Source: a virus. Taken from it: a DNA stretch of 39,633 nt. Position numbers and translations under genes: made by a program. The stretch lies in UHGV virus genome UHGV-1978634; one strand, 5' to 3'. The notes below the pieces were generated by a model, which was given only the letters and a program-made list of their open reading frames with translations, searched no databases and was not told the origin of the DNA. Position 1 is the stretch's first letter. Each line of letters starts with the position of its first letter. This document shows positions 22,273 to 30,334 of this stretch, in pieces.

Positions 22273-22703
22273 TGGTTGCCTCCTTTGCGAAGCTGGTCGG
22301 CGAACTCGTTAAGTGATATGTAGCAATCTCCAAATGTTAACGAACCGCTCGACTGCATATGCTCCATAGCCATCTCCACGCCCTGCGCCCGTACTTCAGC
22401 CAAGAAAGCGTCGGTGGCTGTGGTTTCGATATCGTTAATTTCAGGAAGAATCTCTTCCCATGTAGCGATATCGCCATTCAAATGCCATCCGGCAATTCCA
22501 CTGGAGTTATCCGCAACACTCCGAACGGCTTCAATAGTTTCATGCATTGCCGCATTCTCCGCCGCCAGCGCCGCGCACTTGGCCTCCGCTTCAGCAAATT
22601 TACGGACAAGATATTCAGCGTTTGTTTCGTTAACCTTTAAATCTCGTGGGATGCATTTACCTTTCAGAAATCCATCCATCTCAATTAGTGTCATTTGTTT
22701 CAT
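22269..22703 (-). CDS. Hypothetical protein (144 aa from ATG 22703)
   Basis: ORF 22269..22787; GGAG RBS precedes the ATG at 22703, which also removes the overlap with the HNH gene. Confidence 0.5.
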   Translation of the reverse strand: MKQMTLIEMDGFLKGKCIPRDLKVNETNAEYLVRKFAEAEAKCAALAAENAAMHETIEAVRSVADNSSGIAGWHLNGDIATWEEILPEINDIETTATDAFLAEVRAQGVEMAMEHMQSSGSLTFGDCYISLNEFADQLRKGGNQ

Positions 22704-22746
22704 TTTTTTCCACTCCGCCACATCGCATTCAGATATTTGTTTTGAT

Positions 22747-23325
22747 TTACTGATGGAGCTTGCGACGGTTTGATTTAGGATTTCCATTACGATTCCCCCT
22801 GTTTCCGTAATTTAATTTTCTGCAATCGATTGGTGTGGGGCGCAGGTAACCATATATTTCTACTTGATATTTTGCTAGAGCATACGCATATTTTGCACCA
22901 TCACATGTTGCATATGAGCCAAGGTGATGTAGTTTTCCATTAACACCTATGTATGCTCTCCATCCATAAGCACACCTTTCTGTGCCTATTTCAGTTCCTT
23001 TATTTCTACTTGTGTTGCTATTGTTTTCCCTACTGGAGACATCTCGTAGGTTAATAAACCTGTTGTCAGCTTTATTTCTGTTGATGTGATCAATTACATT
23101 TACTGGCCATTTCCCGGTAACATATAACCAAGCTAGTCTGTGCGCTAAATACCATTTTTTATTAATATATATCCTTATGTATCCCATCGAGTGCGTACAG
23201 CCAGTTGGTTTGAAACCAATTATATCCCCATTATTGGATTTAATTATCTTCTTGAAAACCCCAGTTTCTTTATCGTAGTGAATGTTGCTAATGAGGTATT
23301 CATATGAAATGTCATTTTTTGACAT
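22747..23325 (-). CDS. HNH homing endonuclease (HNH_3 / AP2-like)
   Basis: 192 aa; ..[54 protein letters not shown].. ; strongly AT-rich ORF. Confidence 0.8.
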   Translation of the reverse strand: MSKNDISYEYLISNIHYDKETGVFKKIIKSNNGDIIGFKPTGCTHSMGYIRIYINKKWYLAHRLAWLYVTGKWPVNVIDHINRNKADNRFINLRDVSSRENNSNTSRNKGTEIGTERCAYGWRAYIGVNGKLHHLGSYATCDGAKYAYALAKYQVEIYGYLRPTPIDCRKLNYGNRGNRNGNPKSNRRKLHQ

Positions 23326-23488
23326 AATCCTTCTTACTCCTCAAAATCATTTCAAGATATCTGTTGTCGTTAACAGAACCGAAACTATTTCTCTTAAGCA
23401 ATTCCTCTCTCGATGGCATTGGCTTTACGCGTTGGCGAATAATCATTTCTGCCGGAAGAATGCCGGGATTGTATGCAAGTCCTCTCAT
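23312..23488 (-). CDS. Hypothetical small protein (58 aa)
   Basis: GGAGAG RBS; ATGA overlap with the upstream stop; 3-prime end overlaps the HNH start. Confidence 0.3.
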   Translation of the reverse strand: MRGLAYNPGILPAEMIIRQRVKPMPSREELLKRNSFGSVNDNRYLEMILRSKKDYVKK

Positions 23489-23775
23489 GATTTACTCTCC
23501 ACGAACTGGTCAACAGCCATGCTAAGTGATACACCTAAAGTCTCGATATGCTGCTGAATATCCTGTAGCGTCTGCGCCTGAGATAACAGGATTTCACGGT
23601 TGCATAACTCTTTGACCAGATGCTCAAACTTGCTGTAATAACCGATACGACTTAGTGTTTCTTTCCCTGCATTCTCGCCTTCTTTTATAATTCCTCTTTC
23701 GCTAAGAATCAGATCGTGTTTGGTTCCGGTAATAACGTATTTTCCGAGGTCGATGTTTAGCTTCATTGTTTTCAT
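23485..23775 (-). CDS. Hypothetical protein (96 aa)
   Basis: ORF 23485..23925; internal ATG at 23775 with GAGGA RBS preferred because the longer form overlaps the upstream gene. Confidence 0.5.
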   Translation of the reverse strand: MKTMKLNIDLGKYVITGTKHDLILSERGIIKEGENAGKETLSRIGYYSKFEHLVKELCNREILLSQAQTLQDIQQHIETLGVSLSMAVDQFVESKS

Positions 23776-23785
23776 TGTTAATTCC

Positions 23786-24079
23786 TCAGTCATTACTGAT
23801 AGCGCCATAGCGTGAGCGGTAATTACGCAGGCGCGGGTCAATTTCAGGGAAGTGGGTATATGTGGCTTTGCGGAATGGTCGGATTGATGTCTGGTAAATT
23901 CGCTCGCGTTCTTCTTTCTCTGCAAGCCATATACAGTGGCGAAATTCCTTTTCCTCTTTCGTTTCCTGCGGTAGCGACATTATCAGGTCGTAGTTTTTTC
24001 TGAATTTATCCAGCACCTCCGATACGGAATTGCCGGAGCAGCGGCGCGGGTCATCCGCACCATACAGAGGCGCTGGCAT
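23786..24079 (-). CDS. Hypothetical protein (97 aa)
   Basis: ORF track; operon context. Confidence 0.5.
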   Translation of the reverse strand: MPAPLYGADDPRRCSGNSVSEVLDKFRKNYDLIMSLPQETKEEKEFRHCIWLAEKEERERIYQTSIRPFRKATYTHFPEIDPRLRNYRSRYGAISND

Positions 24080-24102
24080 AATGGAATCCTTATGTTGCTA
24101 AT

Positions 24103-24486
24103 TTAGAAGGGAATTGAATCGTCGTATTCAGGATGATTTTGATGATTGCTACTTTGTTGCTGTTGGCTGTTTCCTGAAGTTGCAAATCCAATCTTTGCAT
24201 TCAGTAATTCAAGAGTGATTGATTGACCATTTTGCCCCTGATAAACATCAACCCTGATGTTTTCTCCGGTAATTTCCACAATGCCACCTTCAACAAGAAC
24301 GCTACGGTAGTAATCCGCTTGCGCTCCCGGCTTGGCAAATACAACGGCGCTGTAGTTTGTCCATTCTTTCTTTTTTGTCTGGCGATCGTAATACTGAACG
24401 CCAGCACGGATGTTGAATCCGATATTTTCCCCGGCCTGAAACTCTCTTGCGGGCTTGTTTAGTCTTACAGTAATCGAATGTGCCAT
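24103..24486 (-). CDS. Phage single-strand DNA-binding protein-like (OB fold, acidic DDSIPF tail)
   Basis: ORF 24103..24576, ATG at 24486; C-terminal ..EYDDSIPF resembles the SSB tail DDDIPF; adjacent to erf. Confidence 0.6.
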   Translation of the reverse strand: MAHSITVRLNKPAREFQAGENIGFNIRAGVQYYDRQTKKKEWTNYSAVVFAKPGAQADYYRSVLVEGGIVEITGENIRVDVYQGQNGQSITLELLNAKIGFATSGNSQQQQSSNHQNHPEYDDSIPF

Positions 24487-25091
24487 TAAGCAGCCGCTCC
24501 TTCTAATTCGTCTCGTCTGATGTTGTAAACGTCCTGCGCTTTGTGCTGCTCCGGTGTGCCTTCGAGCATCTTCCACGCTTTGGCGAACGCCTGTTTAAGC
24601 TCTTCCACGTTGTTTTTCTGCATTGCTGCGTCAGTGAATGCTTTTAGAACCTGTTCAGGTGTAGGTGATGGTTTTGATTGCTTTGCTGCTGCGTTCTGCT
24701 GATGTTTATGCTCGTCTGTATCTGCATCTTTCGCATCATCAATGCCGAATAAACCATTGAGGCAATACTTGCGTGCATAAGAGCTTGTAGCTCCCGTAAC
24801 TTGTGCAGAATCCATTCCTTTCTTGCTTTCTTCCTCTCGTGCAAGAGCGGTTGCCGTATGACTGTTTTCGCCATCGGTAATAGTTGCCGTGGCTTTCACG
24901 TAATACCGATCACCAATCAACACAACTTCATCGCTGATTGATAAAAACAGGCCATTCAGTAACGGCTTAACGCCTTCAAGAATGTCTTCGCAGCTTCTGT
25001 ATTTATATTTGCCGAATGAGTTGTACTGATTCTTTGGCGCGTTCAGATTCTCCTGAATAGCTGCCAGTCTTGCGTAAAATTCTTTGCTCAT
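24486..25091 (-). CDS. erf: Erf single-strand annealing recombinase
   Basis: MSKEFYARLAAIQENLNAPKNQYNSFGKYKYRSCEDILEGVKPLLNGLFLSISDEVVLIGDRYYVKATATITDGENSH.. matches the P22 Erf family as I recall it. Confidence 0.85.
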   Translation of the reverse strand: MSKEFYARLAAIQENLNAPKNQYNSFGKYKYRSCEDILEGVKPLLNGLFLSISDEVVLIGDRYYVKATATITDGENSHTATALAREEESKKGMDSAQVTGATSSYARKYCLNGLFGIDDAKDADTDEHKHQQNAAAKQSKPSPTPEQVLKAFTDAAMQKNNVEELKQAFAKAWKMLEGTPEQHKAQDVYNIRRDELEGAAA

Positions 25092-25180
25092 ATGATTGTT
25101 CTCAGAATGGACATGGCCCAAGGAAATAACGCTGATTTAATACTTCAGTCTTTGCCGCATTTAAAAATACGCGAACACCT

Positions 25181-25351
25181 TCACGATCTCCCTTCTGGCG
25201 ATACATTAACGCCTGCTGCGTGTACATGCGCCTCTGTAACTTGCTCTCCTTCACTGTGGTTGCAAGTGACATGAATATCTCCTTCGTTACCGATTAATTC
25301 TTTCATCTGACGAATGAATTCTTCGTCTGACCAGTTATCTGTAAAACTCAT
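25181..25351 (-). CDS. Hypothetical small protein (56 aa)
   Basis: ATG at 25351 overlaps the stop of the upstream reading frame (ATGA). Confidence 0.35.
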   Translation of the reverse strand: MSFTDNWSDEEFIRQMKELIGNEGDIHVTCNHSEGEQVTEAHVHAAGVNVSPEGRS

Positions 25352-25517
25352 GGACGGCCTTGTTGTTTCAAAATATCCCAAAGTTTTTCGAGCAAACTTT
25401 TCATTCTTGGTTGTTTAAAGTCTGCTCCGGTTAAATATTTTTTCGTGAATGCTGTACCGATAAAATCGGGTTGAAAGGGCGAACCGATGCCGCCCCTGCA
25501 ATAGCGAACTGTTGCAT
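25348..25517 (-). CDS. Small pL-operon gene, possibly frameshifted (weakly cIII-like N-terminus MQQFAIAG)
   Basis: Strong AGGAG RBS plus ATG at 25517 opens a frame that stops after 28 codons; the frame offset by one carries on to a coupled stop at 25348. Confidence 0.3.
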
Positions 25518-25796
25518 AGGATGCTCCTTCTGTTTGATTGCATAACGAAAACGCCTCAAGTGAAGCGTTATTGGTATGCATATAAAAAGGCCCTCACACT
25601 GGAGGGCAAAGAAGATTTCCAACAATCAGAACAAGTCGGCTCCTGTTTAGTTACGAGCGACATTGCTCCGGTATTCACTCGTTGGAATGAATACACAGTG
25701 CAGTGTTTATTCTGTTGTTTATGCCAAAAATAAAGGCCGACTATGCGGCCTGAAATTACTTAACCAATGATGCTGCATTATTCAATTAGGAATAAC

Positions 25797-26180
25797 TTAG
25801 GTGCAAGCCAAATCTTCAACCATTTCGAAATTGAAGGCAATAATTAAAACGCCAATAATTGAGCCAAATATAGGAGCAAATACAGTGCATATATCGTAAT
25901 AAAACGAAGATATAAAATATCTATCGTTTGGACATCCATCTAAAGACGTCCATCTCTCGCCATTATTTCTTGCCGTTCTTGCAAAACTAGGAAGTTTCAT
26001 TGCTGCAATTAAAAGCAACAACCCAGCCACTTGGAAAAGTGCGCTATGGACAAAACTCCATGTTAGCAACTGACGAACAACATCAGGAATCTGTGCCTGG
26101 CTAAATGAAACAGCCGCGTCTATTCCATTACTGGCTTTTTGCAGAAGTTCTACGAGAATCTTGTTTGCTTGTTCTTCCAT
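25797..26180 (-). CDS. Membrane protein in pL operon (candidate superinfection-exclusion-type protein)
   Basis: 127 aa with hydrophobic segments; AT-rich. Confidence 0.55.
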   Translation of the reverse strand: MEEQANKILVELLQKASNGIDAAVSFSQAQIPDVVRQLLTWSFVHSALFQVAGLLLLIAAMKLPSFARTARNNGERWTSLDGCPNDRYFISSFYYDICTVFAPIFGSIIGVLIIAFNFEMVEDLACT

Positions 26181-26238
26181 ATATCACCTTGATTGTAATA
26201 AGCATGAAATTATTTACGGACAAAAATAAAGGCCACCA

Positions 26239-26439
26239 TCAGGCAGCCTTGTTATTCTGTTTACTAAGTTCTCTGGCAATCATTGCCGTCGTTCGTATTG
26301 CCCATTTATCGACATATTTCCCATCCTCCATTACAGGAAACATTTCTTCAGGCTTAACCATGCATTCCGATTGCAGCTTGCATCCATTGCATCGCTTGAA
26401 TTGTCCACACCATTGATTCTTATCAATAGTCGTAGTCAT
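26239..26439 (-). CDS. Small Cys-rich protein (66 aa)
   Basis: WCGQFKRCNGCKLQSEC motif. Confidence 0.5.
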   Translation of the reverse strand: MTTTIDKNQWCGQFKRCNGCKLQSECMVKPEEMFPVMEDGKYVDKWAIRTTAMIARELSKQNNKAA

Positions 26440-26517
26440 AAGGATAGTCCTGGTATTGTTCCATCACATCCTGCGGATGCTCTTCGAACTCTTCAAATTC
26501 TTCTTCCATATATCACC

Positions 26518-26817
26518 TCAAATAAGTGGTTTGCTTCCTAATTTCATTTTCTGGCGACCAACACAAGTCACCCCCATTTCACTGCGTGGCTTGCGGTAGT
26601 AAATACGGTTCTGTTTACGCTCGACTTCTTCTGCCTTTTTGCAGCGAAGGCTTCCGAGTGATGTTGCTTTGTCTGCTCTGACGCAACCAGAGAGCTTTAG
26701 CGCAATTTTTCGCGCCAGTCGCTGCTCTTGCATTGCCTGTTCACGTTGAGCCTGTCTGCGTGCTCTGCGGCGATTTCTGGCGTTATCGTCAGCCAGATAT
26801 GTAATGACTACTGTCAT
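26518..26817 (-). CDS. N: Antiterminator N-like protein
   Basis: ORF 26518..26910; ATG at 26817 with GGAGG RBS; arginine-rich motif NARNRRRARRQAQREQ near the N-terminus. Confidence 0.7.
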   Translation of the reverse strand: MTVVITYLADDNARNRRRARRQAQREQAMQEQRLARKIALKLSGCVRADKATSLGSLRCKKAEEVERKQNRIYYRKPRSEMGVTCVGRQKMKLGSKPLI

Positions 26818-27125
26818 GTTGACCTCCGATGAAACAACTTTGGAATTGATAGTGATTGCAAAGTGGTTTCTGGCCCCTCGAACTGAGGGGCAGAAAGAGC
26901 ATCTCGCCACCTAATAGGTCGATGCTCGGATCGAGAGATTTAATTAACCTCGGTTTTGAAGTTATGCATTCACATAAATCCTCCTGTTGCATGTGCAGCA
27001 TTGGCTGTGTTTGGCGGCTGCATTTCGCCTATGGAATTGACTTTGGCGGTGACGCGCCGGGTGCTTATCTTCCGGTTGCCGTCGTGCAGCTGCTCACGTC
27101 ACCCCAAAGCCAACTACTCTTTGGT

Positions 27126-27167
27126 TCCCGCATTTCGGCGGGACAATCCCATCAATGTTAAAGAGCC
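27126..27167 (-). promoter_or_regulatory. nutL (boxA-like ggctctttaa plus boxB hairpin)
   Basis: boxB tcccgc-cgaaat-gcggga is identical to the nutR boxB at 28822-28839; sits just downstream of OL. Confidence 0.65.
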
Positions 27168-27214
27168 TGCCAATCTGTTCCGTTTGGCTTCCAGCGTCCT
27201 GCTGATGGCTAAAG

Positions 27215-27299
27215 AATACTGTAGGTATTTTATTGTGTAAATACCCAAGGTATTTATTTTTGGTGAAATAATGATAAGCAAATGAATACAAAGGATATT
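27215..27299. promoter_or_regulatory. OL operator cluster / pL region
   Basis: Three 15-bp palindromes AATAC-N5-GTATT (27215-27229, 27240-27254, 27285-27299, last one imperfect). Confidence 0.65.
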
Positions 27300-27385
27300 T
27301 ATTTTTTCGGTGTCTGCTTGTTCAGTGTTTTTTATGCGGGATATGTGAAGTTGATCCCGATAGCTATTGCTGCCGGGATTATGGG

Positions 27386-27775
27386 TTAGTCAGCGAAGGT
27401 TAAGACGAGAATTACCTTAATGATGTCTGCTACAACAGACACGGCCATAGATAAACCAAAGACGATCCAAGCCATAGAGATGTCTTCACTACCATCGTAT
27501 AGCGTTCCGTAATCACTGGTGTAAGGCGTAAATGTCGCGCCTTGATACAACAGGTATAAGCTTGAACCATAGAGGATAAATGCAGATATCCCTTGTATTG
27601 CTATGACCACTAGAATCATGAAACGAGCAGATCTATGCGCCCAAGCCTGGCTTATTTTTTCTGATAGAGATTTCGCAATAAAAGCATGCGCTAAGCCGTA
27701 AATTGTTGAGATTGCCAACATCCCCAAAAAGCTTGCTATAGCGGTTCCAACCATAATCGCCCCTTGCGTGATCAA
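27386..27775 (-). CDS. Polytopic membrane protein co-transcribed with cI (candidate exclusion / abortive-infection factor)
   Basis: 129 aa, 3-4 predicted TM helices; start overlaps the cI stop by 4 nt. Confidence 0.7.
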   Translation of the reverse strand: MITQGAIMVGTAIASFLGMLAISTIYGLAHAFIAKSLSEKISQAWAHRSARFMILVVIAIQGISAFILYGSSLYLLYQGATFTPYTSDYGTLYDGSEDISMAWIVFGLSMAVSVVADIIKVILVLTFAD

Positions 27776-28488
27776 ACCAGCCTTAGTTTTGTCTCAATTG
27801 CAACGCCTATAATCTTGCAGTTTCCATTGATTGGCACGAGAGGCCATGCAGGATTAAGTCCCTTGAGGTATTTATTTCCGCCGTCGATTATCAGCTTCTT
27901 GAATGTTGCTTCGTTAGAGTCAGAATGTTTTGCTATGACCAAGCTGCCGTTGATCGCCTCCCTTCCGGTATCGAAAAGAACGAATGTTCCCTCTGGAATG
28001 CTTAACCCAACCGGTGCCGTCATTGAATCACCTTCCACTTTAAGCCAGAACGCATTACCTTGAATATGCGCGTCAGACTCAAGCCAAACATCTATGTCTT
28101 TAATGGTGTATGGTTCGCATGCTTCACACCACGAGCCAGCCTGGATACTGCTTAACACCGGATACCTCTTTCCTGCTCTGTATTCCCCTGCATACCTTAC
28201 GTTGGCATCGCTCTTAAGGCTTTCTGCCTGTTCTGCAACCTTGGCAGCAATTGACTGGCTAAAATCAGCAATTGAGACTTGCAACAATCGTGCAAAACCA
28301 GATGCAACCTCAACGTTTAGCGCGTTTCTGCCATTAAGATAATGCCCTACCGCTCCTTGGGTGATACCCAGTTCATCAGCGATTGAGTATTGGGTTATTC
28401 CCAATTCTTTCTTTTTTGACTCATACAAAGCCTTAAGCCGCTTAGCGTCTTCGAGCTGTTCTGTCGTCAGTGATTTTTTATTTTCCAT
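27772..28488 (-). CDS. cI: CI-type repressor (HTH plus LexA-like S24 peptidase domain)
   Basis: 238 aa; ..LGITQYSIADELGITQGAVGHYLNG.. HTH; C-terminal ..VEGDSM.. autocleavage domain. Confidence 0.9.
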   Translation of the reverse strand: MENKKSLTTEQLEDAKRLKALYESKKKELGITQYSIADELGITQGAVGHYLNGRNALNVEVASGFARLLQVSIADFSQSIAAKVAEQAESLKSDANVRYAGEYRAGKRYPVLSSIQAGSWCEACEPYTIKDIDVWLESDAHIQGNAFWLKVEGDSMTAPVGLSIPEGTFVLFDTGREAINGSLVIAKHSDSNEATFKKLIIDGGNKYLKGLNPAWPLVPINGNCKIIGVAIETKLRLV

Positions 28489-28523
28489 AGCTTAATTCTA
28501 ATAGCTAAGGTACTTAAACTAAA

Positions 28524-28563
28524 AATACCCTGAGTATTGATTGCTTTGAATACCTGTAGTATT
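28524..28563. promoter_or_regulatory. OR operators with divergent PRM/PR
   Basis: aataccctgagtatt (28524-28538) and aatacctgtagtatt (28549-28563), same consensus as OL; candidate PR -35 ttgatt and -10 tattct. Confidence 0.7.
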
Positions 28564-28594
28564 CTTTGTTCATGGTTAATAACGGAGAGTGCAT

Positions 28595-28789
28595 ATGATT
28601 CGAATGACACTTGCCGATTACGCCAAAATCCATGGACAGGCTAAAGCAGCCAGTGACTTTGGTGTAATCCAGTGCGCTATCAGCAAGGCCATTCTGGCAG
28701 GCCGTAACATCATGGTTACGGTAAAGCCTGATGGCAGTGTGATTGGAGAGGAAGTTCGTCCTTTCCCAAGCAACAAGAAAAACAAATAG
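28595..28789 (+). CDS. cro: Cro repressor
   Basis: [64 protein letters not shown] resembles lambda Cro; GGAG RBS 7 nt upstream. Confidence 0.85.
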   Translation: MIRMTLADYAKIHGQAKAASDFGVIQCAISKAILAGRNIMVTVKPDGSVIGEEVRPFPSNKKNK

Positions 28790-28795
28790 TAACAC

Positions 28796-28839
28796 CGCTC
28801 TTTAACAGTCATGGTCCTCATTCCCGCCGAAATGCGGGA
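28796..28839 (+). promoter_or_regulatory. nutR (boxA cgctcttta plus boxB hairpin)
   Basis: Canonical boxA immediately after the cro stop; boxB tcccgc-cgaaat-gcggga. Confidence 0.65.
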
Positions 28840-28897
28840 ATACAACGCGCATAAGTTGATGCGCATAACTTCTTATTTGTTAAGGAAATACTTACAT

Positions 28898-29191
28898 ATG
28901 GTTCGTGCAAACAAACGCAACGAGGCTCTACGAATCGAGAGTGCGTTGCTTAACAAAATCGCAATGCTTGGAACTGAGAAGACAGCGGAAGCTGTGGGAG
29001 TTGATAAGTCGCAGATCAGCAGGTGGAAGAGGGACTGGATTCCAAAGTTCTCAATGCTGCTTGCTGTTCTTGAATGGGGCGTCGTTGACGACGATATGGC
29101 TCGATTGGCACGACAAGTTGCTTCGATTCTCACCAATAAAAAACGCCCGGCGGCAACCGAGCGTTCTGAACAAATCCAGATGGAATTCTGA
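28898..29191 (+). CDS. cII: CII transcriptional activator
   Basis: ORF 28811..29191; from ATG 28898 the product [51 protein letters not shown].. is near-identical to lambda CII as I recall it. Confidence 0.9.
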   Translation: MVRANKRNEALRIESALLNKIAMLGTEKTAEAVGVDKSQISRWKRDWIPKFSMLLAVLEWGVVDDDMARLARQVASILTNKKRPAATERSEQIQMEF

Positions 29192-29223
29192 GGTCATTAC
29201 TGGATCTATCAACAGGAGTCATT

Positions 29224-29370
29224 ATGACAAAACAACTCAGTCCTTACCAGGACAAAATTCACAAACACATACTACGTGATCGCTTCCTGTCCAGCTTCAA
29301 GCAGCCTGGTCGATTCCGGGCTGAGTTGGAAAAAGTGAAGCTGATGCAGAAGGAGAAAGGTCATGAGTAA
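29224..29370 (+). CDS. Hypothetical small protein (48 aa)
   Basis: CAGGAG RBS; stop overlaps the O-like start. Confidence 0.4.
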   Translation: MTKQLSPYQDKIHKHILRDRFLSSFKQPGRFRAELEKVKLMQKEKGHE

Positions 29371-30223
29371 TCTTGCAACCGTAACACATTTAAGGCCTTC
29401 ACAACGGCCTGTGGAGCGTCGTGTGGCAGAAGTTGAAGATGGTTATACCCGTCTTGCAAATGCCCTGTATGAAGAGCTTATCGGCGCAGATTTAACGAAA
29501 AATCAGAGCAAGGTTGCCCACGCCATATGCCGTAAAACATACGGCTACGGTAAAAAGATGGATCGCATCTCTGATAGTCAGTTAGCTCAAATTACCAGGC
29601 TGCCAAGACAGAAGGTAAACAAGGCCAAGAATGAGCTTATCGCGATGAAGGTTATCCTTCGCGAAGGCCAGCAAATCGGGCCTAACAAGAACATCGAGGA
29701 ATGGCAAATCGAAGGGTGTCACTACTCTGGTGATAATGTCACTGCATTGGTGACAAAAAGTGTCACCAAAACGGTGACAGCGCTGTCACCAAAACAGGGA
29801 CACACAAAAGAAACTATTACAAAAGAAAAAAGAAATAATAAAAACACTATGTCCGAAAGTGTTCGGACGGAGTGTGAAAAATCACCTGACCGTCACGAAG
29901 AAACCGACAAGGCATTCGAGGAAATATTCTGGTGTGCAGGCATGCGGAAGGCCGGGAAGAAAAACGCAGCTTCGGCATTCAGAACACAGTTCAGGGAATG
30001 GCGTAAAACTACCAGGGGTACGGCAAGCGAGTTTGCCACGATGCTGGCAGAAGACATCGCATGCAGGAATGGTAAGCAGTTCGGATTCGACAGGTTGTTA
30101 CCATCGAGCTACCTGAACGGTCAACGCTGGAACGACGAGAAGCCAGAAACCATTCAACCACAATCCAAACCATCATCCGCAATCACCGTATCGAAAACTG
30201 GCTACGTGTTTTTCGACAGGTGA
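29363..30223 (+). CDS. Replication initiator (lambda O-like)
   Basis: 286 aa; N-terminal ..[39 protein letters not shown].. ; iterons inside the gene. Confidence 0.8.
   Translation: MSNLATVTHLRPSQRPVERRVAEVEDGYTRLANALYEELIGADLTKNQSKVAHAICRKTYGYGKKMDRISDSQLAQITRLPRQKVNKAKNELIAMKVILREGQQIGPNKNIEEWQIEGCHYSGDNVTALVTKSVTKTVTALSPKQGHTKETITKEKRNNKNTMSESVRTECEKSPDRHEETDKAFEEIFWCAGMRKAGKKNAASAFRTQFREWRKTTRGTASEFATMLAEDIACRNGKQFGFDRLLPSSYLNGQRWNDEKPETIQPQSKPSSAITVSKTGYVFFDR
29715..29850. repeat. Origin of replication: TGTCACC iterons including an 18-bp perfect palindrome, followed by an A-rich stretch
   Basis: Repeated gtcaccaaaac / ggtgacagcgctgtcacc units at 29717-29795, then aaaagaaaaaagaaataataaaaa. 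Confidence 0.7.
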
Positions 30224-30226
30224 ACC

Positions 30227-30334
30227 ATGAAATCAAAAATCAAATCGCTACTGGTCGCTGGTTATAACCACGGCTGGTTAAGTATTTCGTTTGTCGATTT
30301 CTGGTTTAAAAATCTCAATCTGAGGGAATCATGA
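30227..30334 (+). CDS. Hypothetical small protein (35 aa)
   Basis: AGGTGA RBS; stop overlaps the primase-helicase ATG. Confidence 0.3.
   Translation: MKSKIKSLLVAGYNHGWLSISFVDFWFKNLNLRES

Noticed and set aside
26873-26891. Hairpin first taken for the nutL boxB
   Set aside because: An exact copy of the nutR boxB lies further upstream at 27126-27143 next to a boxA-like element, so this hairpin is more likely an N-leader structure
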